Positions 39,740 through 49,330 of a stretch of 64,000 nucleotides of DNA are shown in pieces (position 1 is the stretch's first letter; every line of letters begins with the position of its first letter). Both the position numbers and the translations under genes were made by a program. The DNA is from Treponema sp. UBA3813 (GTDB lineage Bacteria > Spirochaetota > Spirochaetia > Treponematales > Treponemataceae), in NCBI RefSeq assembly GCF_002368605.1, contig NZ_DFEB01000027.1. The stretch is one strand, 5' to 3'. The notes below the pieces were generated by a model, which ran no database searches, was not told the origin of the DNA, and was given only the letters and a program-made list of their open reading frames with translations.

Positions 39740-40633
39740 GTGGATTTTTTTGAACTCAACGCCTTTCTTAATCTTTCTCAGACCCTTCATTTCGCCCACA
39801 CGGCAGAAAAAGTGAACCTCAGTCCCTCTGCTTTGAGCCGATTGATTTCCAGGCTTGAAGACGAGGCTGGCACGAATCTTCTTGAGCGCAACAACAGGGA
39901 AGTAAAACTCACGCCCGCTGGTGCGGATTTTGCCCTCTTTGCAAAAAAATGCCTTGAAGAACAGGAAGACATTCTCAATTCCTTCCGCTCATCCGGGGAT
40001 GAAGTTTCTGGAACTCTTCATGTTTACGCCTCGGTCACGGCCTGCTATTCGATTATGCCGCCATTCTTAAAATCCCTTTCCGAAAAATACCCGAAAATCC
40101 ATCTTGAAATCGAAACCGGAGACCCGGCAGGAGCGGTGAACGCGGTCAAAGAAGGCCGGGCAGAGCTTGCCGTTGCCGCCATTCCAGAGAGCGGGCTTTC
40201 GGGCTTTGACACCCTTCCCATCCGCCACACGCCATTGGTTTTTGCCGCGAGCACTGGCGGCCCCTGGGAACACTCAGCAGGCAGCCCCCAGGATATCGTT
40301 TCTTCCGTGCCACTGATTCTCCCAAAAACAGGCCTCGCGCGGGAGAGATTTGACACTTGGGTTCAGAGCCGCAATGTAAAGCCAGTGATTGCCGCCGAAA
40401 CCGAAGGCAACGAGGCGATTATGGCCTTGGTTCAGCTGGGAATCGGAATCGGCCTTATTCCCCACATTGTTTTGACAAACGGTCCCTACAAAGCAGGATT
40501 CACATGTCTTTCTGCGGGAAATGCCCTGGGCTACTATGAAGTCGGATTTATTCAAAAAAAGGAAATTTCCGGAAGCGAGTCGCTCAAAAGAATCCGCAAG
40601 GCCGTGAATGAGATTCTTAACGAGATAAGATAA
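39740..40633 (+). CDS. ilvY: LysR family regulator, IlvY-like
   Basis: TLHFAHTA, SPSALSRLISRLE, ASVTACYS, TGDPAGAV and GNEAIMALVQLG match IlvY features. Confidence 0.75.
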   Translation: MDFFELNAFLNLSQTLHFAHTAEKVNLSPSALSRLISRLEDEAGTNLLERNNREVKLTPAGADFALFAKKCLEEQEDILNSFRSSGDEVSGTLHVYASVTACYSIMPPFLKSLSEKYPKIHLEIETGDPAGAVNAVKEGRAELAVAAIPESGLSGFDTLPIRHTPLVFAASTGGPWEHSAGSPQDIVSSVPLILPKTGLARERFDTWVQSRNVKPVIAAETEGNEAIMALVQLGIGIGLIPHIVLTNGPYKAGFTCLSAGNALGYYEVGFIQKKEISGSESLKRIRKAVNEILNEIR

Positions 40634-40652
40634 ATTCACTATAATTCTCTCC

Positions 40653-42299
40653 ATGACGACTGACATTTCAATTACCGTAAAACCCGCCGACGAAAAAAAC
40701 ACTGCCCTCATTGACGCTGAAATCTTGCACGCTCTCGATAAAAAAGGAATCCATGCGTCAAAAAGCGATGTCACCAGTGTTTTCGTAAAAAAATCCATCG
40801 ATGCCCGCCACGGACAGATAAAAATTCTCTTGCGCTACAAGGTCTACATTGGCGAAAAGCCCAACGGAGACGGAGAATTTTTGCCCACTTGGAAAAAGGC
40901 TGACGGAAGGCACTCAGTCGTCATCGTAGGAAGCGGCCCCGCCGGATTATATGCCGCATTCAGGCTTTTGGAAGACGGAATCAAGCCGATTTTAGTTGAG
41001 CGAGGAAGCTGCACGGACGAGCGAAAGGGCGACATCTCAAATCTTGAAAACGAAGGAAAACTCAACGCCCAGTCAAATTTCTGCTTCGGGGAAGGAGGCG
41101 CCGGCACTTTCTCAGACGGAAAACTCTACACTCGAAGCAACAAAAGGGGCGACATCGGAAAAATCTACCGCATTTTCGTGGAATTCGGCGCGCCTGAGCG
41201 AATCATGACCGACGCCCATCCCCACATCGGCACGGACAAACTTCCCGGAATCATCAGCGGCATGAGAAAAAAAATCATCGAACTGGGCGGGGAATTCCAT
41301 TTCGACACCCTCTGCACTGATTTGATTATAGAAGAGATTTCCGGATCAAGCCCGACAATGACAAAAACGCAAACGCATCTCACCGTCAAGGGAATCCGCA
41401 CGAAAAATCTCAAGACCGGGCAGGAATCCCAGCTGTCAGGAGATGCGGTGATTCTCGCAACAGGTCATTCTGCCATTGACATCTACAAGATGATTGCAAA
41501 AATCTCTCCCGAATCCCTTGAGGCAAAGACATTCGCCGTGGGAGTCCGCGTTGAGCATCCCAGAAGCCTTATCGACTCAATCCAGTTCCACGGAAAGGCA
41601 ATGCCCGAAGCGGCAGAATACCGCCTGACCACTCAGGTTGACGGTCGCGGCGTCTACAGTTTCTGCATGTGCCCCGGCGGCTACATCGTTCCCTGCGCAA
41701 CGGCAGAAAACCAGATTGTCATCAACGGAATGTCAGGCTCAGGACGGAACAGCAAGTGGAGCGATGCCGCAATCGTTGTGGAACGCCGTCCCGAAGACAT
41801 CCCGGAAGAATTCGTCCAGAAAGCAAAGGCTGACGGCTGCCCCGCCCTCGCAGGCCTTTACTGGCGCACCTGGCTCGAAGAAGAAACCTTCCGTCAGGGA
41901 AAGGGCCAGTTCGCTCCGGCTCAAAAACTCACGGATTTTTTAAGTCACAAAGATTCAACGGCCCTTCCCGAAACCAGCTACAAGCCAGGGGTCGTTGCCA
42001 GCCGATTGGACAAATGGCTGCCAGAAGAAATCCGCAACCGCCTTGAAAAAGGTTTCCGCGACTTCGACAAGAACATGCACGGTTTTGTATGCGACCAGGC
42101 CCTCCTCATCGCCACAGAAAGCCGTACCAGCACCCCGGTCAGAATTCTCCGAAACAAAGAAAGCCTTGAATGTGAGGGAATCGCAAATCTCTATCCTTCA
42201 GGCGAAGGCTCAGGCTATTCCGGTGGCATCGGCTCATCAGCCATGGACGGGGAAAAGGTCGCGGCGAAGATTTGTGAGAAATTGAAAACGGAACATTAA
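40653..42299 (+). CDS. FAD-dependent oxidoreductase (COG2509-like)
   Basis: SIDAR, IVGSGPAG, FGEGGAGTFSDGKL, PHIGTD, YSFCMCPGG and GEGSGYSGGIGSSAMDG. Confidence 0.9.
   Translation: MTTDISITVKPADEKNTALIDAEILHALDKKGIHASKSDVTSVFVKKSIDARHGQIKILLRYKVYIGEKPNGDGEFLPTWKKADGRHSVVIVGSGPAGLYAAFRLLEDGIKPILVERGSCTDERKGDISNLENEGKLNAQSNFCFGEGGAGTFSDGKLYTRSNKRGDIGKIYRIFVEFGAPERIMTDAHPHIGTDKLPGIISGMRKKIIELGGEFHFDTLCTDLIIEEISGSSPTMTKTQTHLTVKGIRTKNLKTGQESQLSGDAVILATGHSAIDIYKMIAKISPESLEAKTFAVGVRVEHPRSLIDSIQFHGKAMPEAAEYRLTTQVDGRGVYSFCMCPGGYIVPCATAENQIVINGMSGSGRNSKWSDAAIVVERRPEDIPEEFVQKAKADGCPALAGLYWRTWLEEETFRQGKGQFAPAQKLTDFLSHKDSTALPETSYKPGVVASRLDKWLPEEIRNRLEKGFRDFDKNMHGFVCDQALLIATESRTSTPVRILRNKESLECEGIANLYPSGEGSGYSGGIGSSAMDGEKVAAKICEKLKTEH
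41334..41362 (+). repeat. REP-like element in frame inside the oxidoreductase gene
   Basis: GAGATTTCCGGATCAAGCCCGACAATGAC, a near copy of 22781-22809, translated as EISGSSPTMT. Confidence 0.7.
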
Positions 42300-42304
42300 G
42301 GATT

Positions 42305-42532
42305 ATGACAAAAGACGACTTGATTTTTCTTATCAATACAAAAAAGGAATTTGAATTCACTTACCACGGAAAAAATTACAATCTCACCTACGACCGCGAT
42401 GATGCCGGAAACGACCTGATTGTCTTCGGCGAACGCTTTCAGGGGAAAAAATACGCCTCCTTCGGCGAGTTCATGAACGAAGCCCGCATTGAAAACCACT
42501 TCTTCCGGGAAATGATCGACATCCTGTCGTGA
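42305..42532 (+). CDS. Small hypothetical protein (75 aa)
   Basis: SD AAGGA, 5 bp after the upstream stop, globular composition. Confidence 0.75.
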   Translation: MTKDDLIFLINTKKEFEFTYHGKNYNLTYDRDDAGNDLIVFGERFQGKKYASFGEFMNEARIENHFFREMIDILS

Positions 42533-42541
42533 CAAGAATGA

Positions 42542-43333
42542 CTATTTCCTCAAAACATCCACCGTGTGGGAGCTTGCTCCCAGCAATTCCGGCCGCTCAC
42601 AAATTGACATCTGATAGTCGATAAAATGACGGAAACTTTCTTCGTCCAGGGCATTGAGCTCCCGCCGCATGTAGTCGGCCGCTCCGTCGGGGGCGAAAGT
42701 CTTAACCCGCTCAAGACTGGCCTTTTCATTAAGCCTGGTCATATCTTCCAGGCGGGTGTAGCTGTACAAATCCTCGTCTATGTTGGTAATCGTGTGAAAA
42801 TCTTTTGTCAGCCTGCCTTTTTCCAGCACTTCCTTGATTTTTCCTTCTTTAAAACAATAGCTTAAAACGGCGTACTCGTTCATCACATAGGCAACGAGGA
42901 TAAATCCTCTCTTTTTTGTGACCCGCTTAGCTTCGTTTAAGGCGGCAAGCCGGTCTTGGTCAGAGTGCAGGTGATACATGGGGCCGAAAAGGAGCGTGAT
43001 GTCAAAAGTCTCGCCGCTTAAAAAATGCAGGTCGCGGGCATCTCCCTGCCAAGCTTTCACATTTTCATGCTTGCCCCGTAAAATTTCAAGGTTATGCTCA
43101 ACCAGCTCCACCGCCGTCACGTCAAATCCTTCGCGGCTTAAGGCCACGGAATAGCGGCCGGTTCCTGCCCCCACATCGAGAATCTTGATTTGAGCGTTTT
43201 CCCGGCCGCCCCGCAAAAGCTCCATGCAATCGTGAATATGCTTCATGGAGACGGTGAATTCCACGATTCCGTGCCTTGTGGTGAGCCTGTGGTCTTCTTT
43301 GAATTTGTTGTAATATTTTTCTAAGGGTGTCAT
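42542..43333 (-). CDS. Class I SAM-dependent methyltransferase
   Basis: ILDVGAGTGRY, QGDARDL and LLFGPMYHL. Confidence 0.9.
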   Translation of the reverse strand: MTPLEKYYNKFKEDHRLTTRHGIVEFTVSMKHIHDCMELLRGGRENAQIKILDVGAGTGRYSVALSREGFDVTAVELVEHNLEILRGKHENVKAWQGDARDLHFLSGETFDITLLFGPMYHLHSDQDRLAALNEAKRVTKKRGFILVAYVMNEYAVLSYCFKEGKIKEVLEKGRLTKDFHTITNIDEDLYSYTRLEDMTRLNEKASLERVKTFAPDGAADYMRRELNALDEESFRHFIDYQMSICERPELLGASSHTVDVLRK

Positions 43334-44538
43334 TTAGCGAACAAGCCTTTGAAGAAAGAAATCACGCTTACCACGATTGAAGAGCCGCCTACGAAAGTTC
43401 CGATTGAGCTTCCCAAACTTGAAAGGAAGAAAACGAGAAGCACCCGGAGAAGGCGATTTTTGTAAAAGCCTTTCACGCTTGAAACATCGTCCATCACACT
43501 TTCCATGTCGGCCACTTTAGGCTTACAAACAAAGGCCTGCACGATTCCGGCGAACATTCCCACGCCTACAAGAGGACAAAGTGAAGTAAAAGGAGCGCCC
43601 ACGGCCGCCATAAGAACAGTAAGGGGATGACCGCCTGCAATCAAAGCTCCTATTCCAGCCAGAATTGCGTTCCAGAAAACCCAGGCACCAAGCAAGTCCG
43701 CGCCCTTTTTCATGCCGCCGTAGACAAAGCCCGCCACAATCAAAGCCATTATAATCACGGGAATGGCCCAGCCAAGAATTTTCGCGCCGATTTTTTTTGC
43801 GGGAAGGGAACTAATCTCGGTCGTGTCCGTGCCTTCTGCTCCGGCCGCGATTTTCTCAAGGTGAGCCTGCACGCCCGGTAAATGCCCCGCGCCCAAAACA
43901 GCAATCACACTCTTTCGACCATCTTTTTGCACCGCCTCCCAAATATGGGCCGCCAGGTAAAAATCCCGCTCGTCAATCAAAACTTCTTTTACGCCCGGCA
44001 TGAATTGGGCAAGCTCGTTCATCATGCCGTCCATCTCGCTCTTGTTCTTGAGATTTTCGATTTCATCGCCGGAAACTTCTTCTTTTGAAGCCGCGCTGGC
44101 AAGCAAAGCAGAAAGCAGCTTGATTTTTCCGTAGCCGGAATTTTTTGCCCAGGCCCGGCGAAGCGTCGTCTGAATCGGGCGGTCAACCATCTCGCAAGGA
44201 ATATTAAGCTCTTTTGCGGCCTCAATTCCCGCGCGCATTTCGTCACCCGGCTTCACTCCCACATTGGCGCCCATTCGCTTCTGAAAGCTGGAAAGCACCA
44301 GGTTTGCCAGGAGCAAAAATCCCTTCTTTTCCCGCAGGACTTTGATTATGTCAAGATTTTTCCAAGATTCACTGTCGTTCAATGAGGCATAACGCTGCTC
44401 GTCAAGCTCAATGGCGACGCAGTCGGGCTTTTTTTCGACAATGGCGGCCTTTACTTCATCGCAGCTGGCCTGGGAAACATGAGCCGTTCCCAGCAAAACT
44501 ATTTCTTTTCCGTTAAGATTCAAATTAATCTGTGACAA
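43330..44538 (-). CDS. TraB/PrgY (pheromone-shutdown type, TraB/GumN family) membrane protein
   Basis: LLGTAHVS, IELDEQR, KPGDEM, DRPIQTTLRR, LIDERD and GAGHLPG; C-terminal TM helices. Confidence 0.9.
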   Translation of the reverse strand: MSQINLNLNGKEIVLLGTAHVSQASCDEVKAAIVEKKPDCVAIELDEQRYASLNDSESWKNLDIIKVLREKKGFLLLANLVLSSFQKRMGANVGVKPGDEMRAGIEAAKELNIPCEMVDRPIQTTLRRAWAKNSGYGKIKLLSALLASAASKEEVSGDEIENLKNKSEMDGMMNELAQFMPGVKEVLIDERDFYLAAHIWEAVQKDGRKSVIAVLGAGHLPGVQAHLEKIAAGAEGTDTTEISSLPAKKIGAKILGWAIPVIIMALIVAGFVYGGMKKGADLLGAWVFWNAILAGIGALIAGGHPLTVLMAAVGAPFTSLCPLVGVGMFAGIVQAFVCKPKVADMESVMDDVSSVKGFYKNRLLRVLLVFFLSSLGSSIGTFVGGSSIVVSVISFFKGLFAK

Positions 44539-44541
44539 AAC

Positions 44542-45909
44542 TTAAACTCCCTTTTCAGCCCATTCTGCAAGCCGGAATTCAAAGAAATCCGCACCCTTTA
44601 TAGAAGTGACTTCGGCATAGTATTTGTGTGCAATGCTGGAGTTTCCCTTTATATCCCAATAAAGTGCCAAATAATAGAGGTATTTGCCTTTTTTCTTTTT
44701 GCTTTCTTCGTTCTGAACTTTAAGAGCCAGCGTCGAGTCACCGGCCATATCATGGAACAGGCGCAATGAAAGATACTCAAAGGAATTTTTATCCATGCCC
44801 TTCATTGCCTTTTCTGTAAACTGCTTACACTCCTGAGGCTTTTTCATTTTTTGCAGGCAGGCAGAAATCATCAGTGCATAAGAAGCATTGTTCGGATTTG
44901 CCTTGTATGCAGCCTCAAATGCTGATTTAGACTCTTCATAATTTCCCTCATGCCATGCCAACATTCCGATTGACTCATAGGCATAGTAATAATTCGGATT
45001 TTTCTGAACGACTTTCTTGTAATATTCGTAGGCAAGGTCTAATTTATTCTGCTCATCGTAAAGCCCGGCAAGATATGCATAACCCAAAAAATAATCAGGT
45101 TCAAGCTCTGTCGCCTTTTTCCATGCTTTTTCTGCCTCTTCAAATTTTCCTGCCCCACGGTGAAAAGTTCCCAAATCAAAATAATAGTCACTGTTATCAG
45201 GCTCAATTTCAATTGCTTTAGAAAGATATTCTACCGCCTTTTTATAGTGCCTGGCCTCAGCCTCAAATTTTGCAAGATATGAAAGTGCTGGCGCATAAGT
45301 AGGATCAAGCTCAAGAATTTTGTTGAAGCTTTTTTTAGAATCATCATCCCGCTGGAGATAATAAGACATTTTTCCGTGTCCAAAAAGAGCCTCGATATTG
45401 TTTGGATCTCCTTTCATAGCTTTTAGGTAATAATCACGGGCATTACGATAATTCCGCTTCATAGCCTGTTCATTTCCCAATTCTATATTTGCGTCAGGAT
45501 TATTCGGCTGAATCGCGATAATCTGCTTGAGATACTGTTGTTTTTTAGTTGTGTTGTTTTTCTGTTTTGCAATCATCGCATTGAGAAAAAGCACATCGAT
45601 ATTTTTGGGAGATTTTGACAGAAGTTCCGAGGCAATTTTGTCAGCCTCGCCAGTTTTCCCCGCAGACAAAAGAAGTGATGCGTGCAATGACTTTAAATCG
45701 ACATCATCTTTTAAATCAGCAGGCATTTTCTCAAACAATGAGAGCGCATCCGAAAGCGTACCCGTTGAGAGTATTTTATCAAGCTGTTGTACGAATTGAT
45801 TCGCTGAACTTGAGGCTGCAAAAGCCGGTGCCGTACACAAAAATACTCCTCCCAAAATTAATGTGCCGACAAGTTTTGAAACAAGTGATTTTTTTAGAAA
45901 TTTCATCAT
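44542..45909 (-). CDS. Secreted tetratricopeptide-repeat protein
   Basis: Signal peptide ending AFA and many 34-aa repeats (e.g. AIEIEPDNSDYYFDLG). Confidence 0.9.
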   Translation of the reverse strand: MMKFLKKSLVSKLVGTLILGGVFLCTAPAFAASSSANQFVQQLDKILSTGTLSDALSLFEKMPADLKDDVDLKSLHASLLLSAGKTGEADKIASELLSKSPKNIDVLFLNAMIAKQKNNTTKKQQYLKQIIAIQPNNPDANIELGNEQAMKRNYRNARDYYLKAMKGDPNNIEALFGHGKMSYYLQRDDDSKKSFNKILELDPTYAPALSYLAKFEAEARHYKKAVEYLSKAIEIEPDNSDYYFDLGTFHRGAGKFEEAEKAWKKATELEPDYFLGYAYLAGLYDEQNKLDLAYEYYKKVVQKNPNYYYAYESIGMLAWHEGNYEESKSAFEAAYKANPNNASYALMISACLQKMKKPQECKQFTEKAMKGMDKNSFEYLSLRLFHDMAGDSTLALKVQNEESKKKKGKYLYYLALYWDIKGNSSIAHKYYAEVTSIKGADFFEFRLAEWAEKGV

Positions 45910-45986
45910 AAGTCCTTAATAATGATTTTTAGACAGATTTTTCTGCCCTCTTTTAACTTTCCGCTCGGTTTGATAAACTGAATAAA

Positions 45987-47732
45987 ATGTACAAGCATCC
46001 TATCAGAAAATCGTTCGGGCTTTTCGTCCTTTATTCTATTATAATTATCGGAATTTTCGTTCTCCAATTTAGAAATGAATCCGTTGTTTCAAAAAACACC
46101 GGTTTACTCTCCATTTCGCTCGCACAATCGCAAAGTCAGGAAGGAAACATTTCCCTCAAAAACTCCCTGCAAGTTTCTTTCAAAGGTATTTCCTTTACGG
46201 CCGATGAAGTCACTCCAGCAACATTAACTCTTCAAAGTGAGCATGGGCCTTCTTCCGAAAACCTCTCTCTCCTTTCTTATGAGCAGAGAACGCCGCTTTC
46301 ATACACTTTCACTTTTACTCATGATGTCGAGCTTACATTTGCAGTTTCCGGCATTGACTCTTCGGCAGCCCTCACCATAACTGCGAGTCTTCCAGAAGGA
46401 GCATCCGGACTCCACTTACATTACAAACCAAGTTCGGGCTTTTCCGTTACTGAAAAAACGCGCTCAAAGCTGATTCTTAACTCAAGGAATCTTACCTATG
46501 CATTCACCGCCGCTCAAATCAGCGACAAAGATATTTTCCTTTCTTCAACAAATTCAACTTCCTATTATGTAGCATACGATGCTTCAGTCGTATTCAGCTT
46601 TATCTCTCTCGACTCAGACATCATTATATCAAAAAAATCAACTTATGAGTCAAATATCCGTGATTTCAAAGCGAACCTTATAAACTCCGTGGAATCTGCC
46701 CTCAACTCTTCGCAATCACTCTCGGAAAAAAGCATCATAGCTTATGTGGCGGAAATGGCTTCACAAGGACGATATGCCGAAGCCATAAAAAACATTCCAG
46801 ATTCATTCAAAAAAGGCAACAAACGAACATATCTCTCTGCCCCATATTTCGATACTCTTGAGGCAATGTATCCAAGCCTTGAAATGCACAATTCCAATAT
46901 GAACGAGATGATAGAAAATGCTCTCTCAACTCACTCACTTTCTATTTTCAGTGTTGACGGGCTCGCAGAATATCTCAACATTCTTCCTGACAATGAAAAA
47001 ATTCATGAGCTGCTTTCTATTCCCCAAGCATATTTTGAAGACGAAGCTTTGAGCGAACAAGTAAAACTCTCGAATGCCTCTGGAATCCTCAGCACTTATA
47101 TCGAGCTTTCTAGCCTTCATTCGCCGCTTGCAGATGAACTTTTTTCTTCTGCCGAAGCATGTCTTTCAATCATCGAGGGAAATTGTGTTCTCTCGGATGC
47201 TTCTTCACTGTCTCTTATGGAAAAAGGCTCGCCCGTGTCAAATTTCCTTGCGCTCACAACAGGAAACGCACTCCGAAAGTGGGGTGAATACAACAATGCT
47301 CCTGAATACACTCAGGCAGGATATGCCCTCATTAACTCGGTTCTTTTAGGCAATTCTCTGGACAGCATCACGCTTGCAGATGCATATCCAATATTGAGCA
47401 ACAATCCTTTCTATCCGCATTACCGGCTCTTGCTGCGCGAAAAAGAAAACACAGTCTGGGCCTGGACTTGCGCACCTTTCTTCACAGCCACAAACCAGAA
47501 CAATACAATTACCTTGAATTTGCAGTTTACAAAAACCGAAACGAATTATGCCATTATCAGTGGAATCAACCCCTTTGCTGAAATCGAAATTTATGGTCTG
47601 TCATTCCATTCTGACCCTCGATTTGAAACATACAACTCATCAGGATTTATTTATCGCGAACAAAAGAAAACGCTTTTCCTGAAGTCAAGGCACAAATCCG
47701 AGACAGAGGTTGTTCGGCTCAGTTACCGCTAA
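45987..47732 (+). CDS. Conserved hypothetical protein with an N-terminal membrane anchor
   Basis: 581-aa ORF; TM LFVLYSIIIIGIFVLQF; C-terminal FHSDPRFETYNSSGF. Confidence 0.8.
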   Translation: MYKHPIRKSFGLFVLYSIIIIGIFVLQFRNESVVSKNTGLLSISLAQSQSQEGNISLKNSLQVSFKGISFTADEVTPATLTLQSEHGPSSENLSLLSYEQRTPLSYTFTFTHDVELTFAVSGIDSSAALTITASLPEGASGLHLHYKPSSGFSVTEKTRSKLILNSRNLTYAFTAAQISDKDIFLSSTNSTSYYVAYDASVVFSFISLDSDIIISKKSTYESNIRDFKANLINSVESALNSSQSLSEKSIIAYVAEMASQGRYAEAIKNIPDSFKKGNKRTYLSAPYFDTLEAMYPSLEMHNSNMNEMIENALSTHSLSIFSVDGLAEYLNILPDNEKIHELLSIPQAYFEDEALSEQVKLSNASGILSTYIELSSLHSPLADELFSSAEACLSIIEGNCVLSDASSLSLMEKGSPVSNFLALTTGNALRKWGEYNNAPEYTQAGYALINSVLLGNSLDSITLADAYPILSNNPFYPHYRLLLREKENTVWAWTCAPFFTATNQNNTITLNLQFTKTETNYAIISGINPFAEIEIYGLSFHSDPRFETYNSSGFIYREQKKTLFLKSRHKSETEVVRLSYR

Positions 47733-47845
47733 AAAAATCTCAAATTTTTCTAAATTTATGAGCAAATTTTAAAAATATATGATATACTATTACTCAAATG
47801 CCTTGAGAACATTTTTCCTTGTGTTTTCAAGGCTGTGGAGTTTTT

Positions 47846-49273
47846 GTGAGCAAGAAAGATTTTCCTAAAATTCATTTTTACGATCAGGATTTTGTCGATA
47901 TCTATGACAAAACCTGGAATTGGCTTTCCGATTCATGGATTGACCCAAAAACAAATGAAGTCTCTCCCGATGGTTTTTTTATTCATCAAAATGACGGTCG
48001 ATTTATCATCGATCAGGCAGAATCTATCTTCTCAACTTTCTTTTTAGTCTACTCAAATAAAAATTATACCGCAGAAACAAACCTCGACTTTTTCTATGGT
48101 AAACAGGAAGCGAACGGTGCAATCCGATGGCGCTATGATCTCAAAAGTGGCGCGCCTATCGTAGACAGCGAAAATCCAGAGGGAATCGGGCTTCCTTTAT
48201 ACGCATGGGCAGAATTCAACTTGTACCACAAACTTGCAAACAAACGCCGCGTAAAAGAAGTCATGCCAGTTCTTGTCAATTATATGAACTGGATCGACCA
48301 GAACTTCAAAAAAGAAAACGGTCTCTATTCTGTGCCTGCAAAAGCATGCGGTCTTGAAAATTCTCCCCGCTCAGGAACTTTCTATCCAATTGATTTCAAT
48401 GCTTGTATGGCAATAAATGCCCTCAACATGAGCTCCCTCGGTGATATTCTCAACGACAAAGAGTTAAGTTTCCAATATAAGCGAATGTATTTCAGTCTAA
48501 AAACTCGAATCAATTCCCTTATGTGGAACAGCGAAGCAGGATTCTACAACGACTTGGACGAAAACGAAAACCAGCTTCCACAAAAAACAATCGCTGGATT
48601 CTGGCCGCTTCTTGCAGAAATCCCAAATGCAGACAAAGCTGACACTCTCATCGCTCATTTGTCAAATCCTCAAACTTTTGGAACAGAGCATCCCTTCCCA
48701 ACGCTCAGTGCTGACCATCCTGAATTCAGTGAAAATGGCGAAGGTTACCGCGGATCGGTTTATCCCACATACAATTTCATGATAATTAAAGGTCTCGAAA
48801 AATATCAACGGTATGATTTGGCACGAGAATGTGCAATCCGTCACTTGTATTTCATCCTTGAGGGATTGCAGCCCGCAGACGGAAGCAAGGGCGACTTATA
48901 CGAAGCTTACCTGCCCTGCAAAGAAGGTTTCGCAACAAAATCAGATGACAGCTCATTCCCGCGCAAACACTGCATGATTACAATCGGTCTTTCTACCATC
49001 GCGCTCATGATTGAAAATGTCATCGGCCTTTCAATCTCACTTCCGCGCAAAACCGTAGACTGGATTATCCCGAACCTCGAAATCATGGGAATCGAAAAGC
49101 TTTCTCTCAAACGCAATCTCATCACGATTCTCAGCCACAAAACACCTCGCGGCTGGGGAATCCAAATGGAAAGCGAAAAACTCTACTACTTTACGATTAA
49201 CATCCTCAACCAAAAAAAGAAAACGCTTCCGATTCCATCGGGCAAATGCTCAATGCTTATCGACAAGCTTTAA
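47846..49273 (+). CDS. (alpha/alpha)6 glycoside hydrolase, MGH1/GH63/trehalase-like
   Basis: GLENSPR, PIDFNA, MWNSEAGFYND, HPFPTLSAD, YRGSVYP and LYEAY; GTG start at 47846 after GGAG. Confidence 0.75.
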   Translation: MSKKDFPKIHFYDQDFVDIYDKTWNWLSDSWIDPKTNEVSPDGFFIHQNDGRFIIDQAESIFSTFFLVYSNKNYTAETNLDFFYGKQEANGAIRWRYDLKSGAPIVDSENPEGIGLPLYAWAEFNLYHKLANKRRVKEVMPVLVNYMNWIDQNFKKENGLYSVPAKACGLENSPRSGTFYPIDFNACMAINALNMSSLGDILNDKELSFQYKRMYFSLKTRINSLMWNSEAGFYNDLDENENQLPQKTIAGFWPLLAEIPNADKADTLIAHLSNPQTFGTEHPFPTLSADHPEFSENGEGYRGSVYPTYNFMIIKGLEKYQRYDLARECAIRHLYFILEGLQPADGSKGDLYEAYLPCKEGFATKSDDSSFPRKHCMITIGLSTIALMIENVIGLSISLPRKTVDWIIPNLEIMGIEKLSLKRNLITILSHKTPRGWGIQMESEKLYYFTINILNQKKKTLPIPSGKCSMLIDKL

Positions 49274-49293
49274 TCTGCTGTTTTTCAGCACAC

Positions 49294-49327
49294 AAAAAAA
49301 GGGCTGTTCCAAGTGAACAGCCCTTTT
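49294..49327. terminator. Bidirectional intrinsic terminator
   Basis: A7-GGGCTGTTC-CAAGT-GAACAGCCC-TTTT between convergent genes. Confidence 0.88.
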
Positions 49328-49330
49328 GCT

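Noticed and set aside
43330-44538. TraB protein as evidence of a conjugative element
   Set aside because: The TraB/PrgY family is commonly chromosomal and no transfer genes are nearby.
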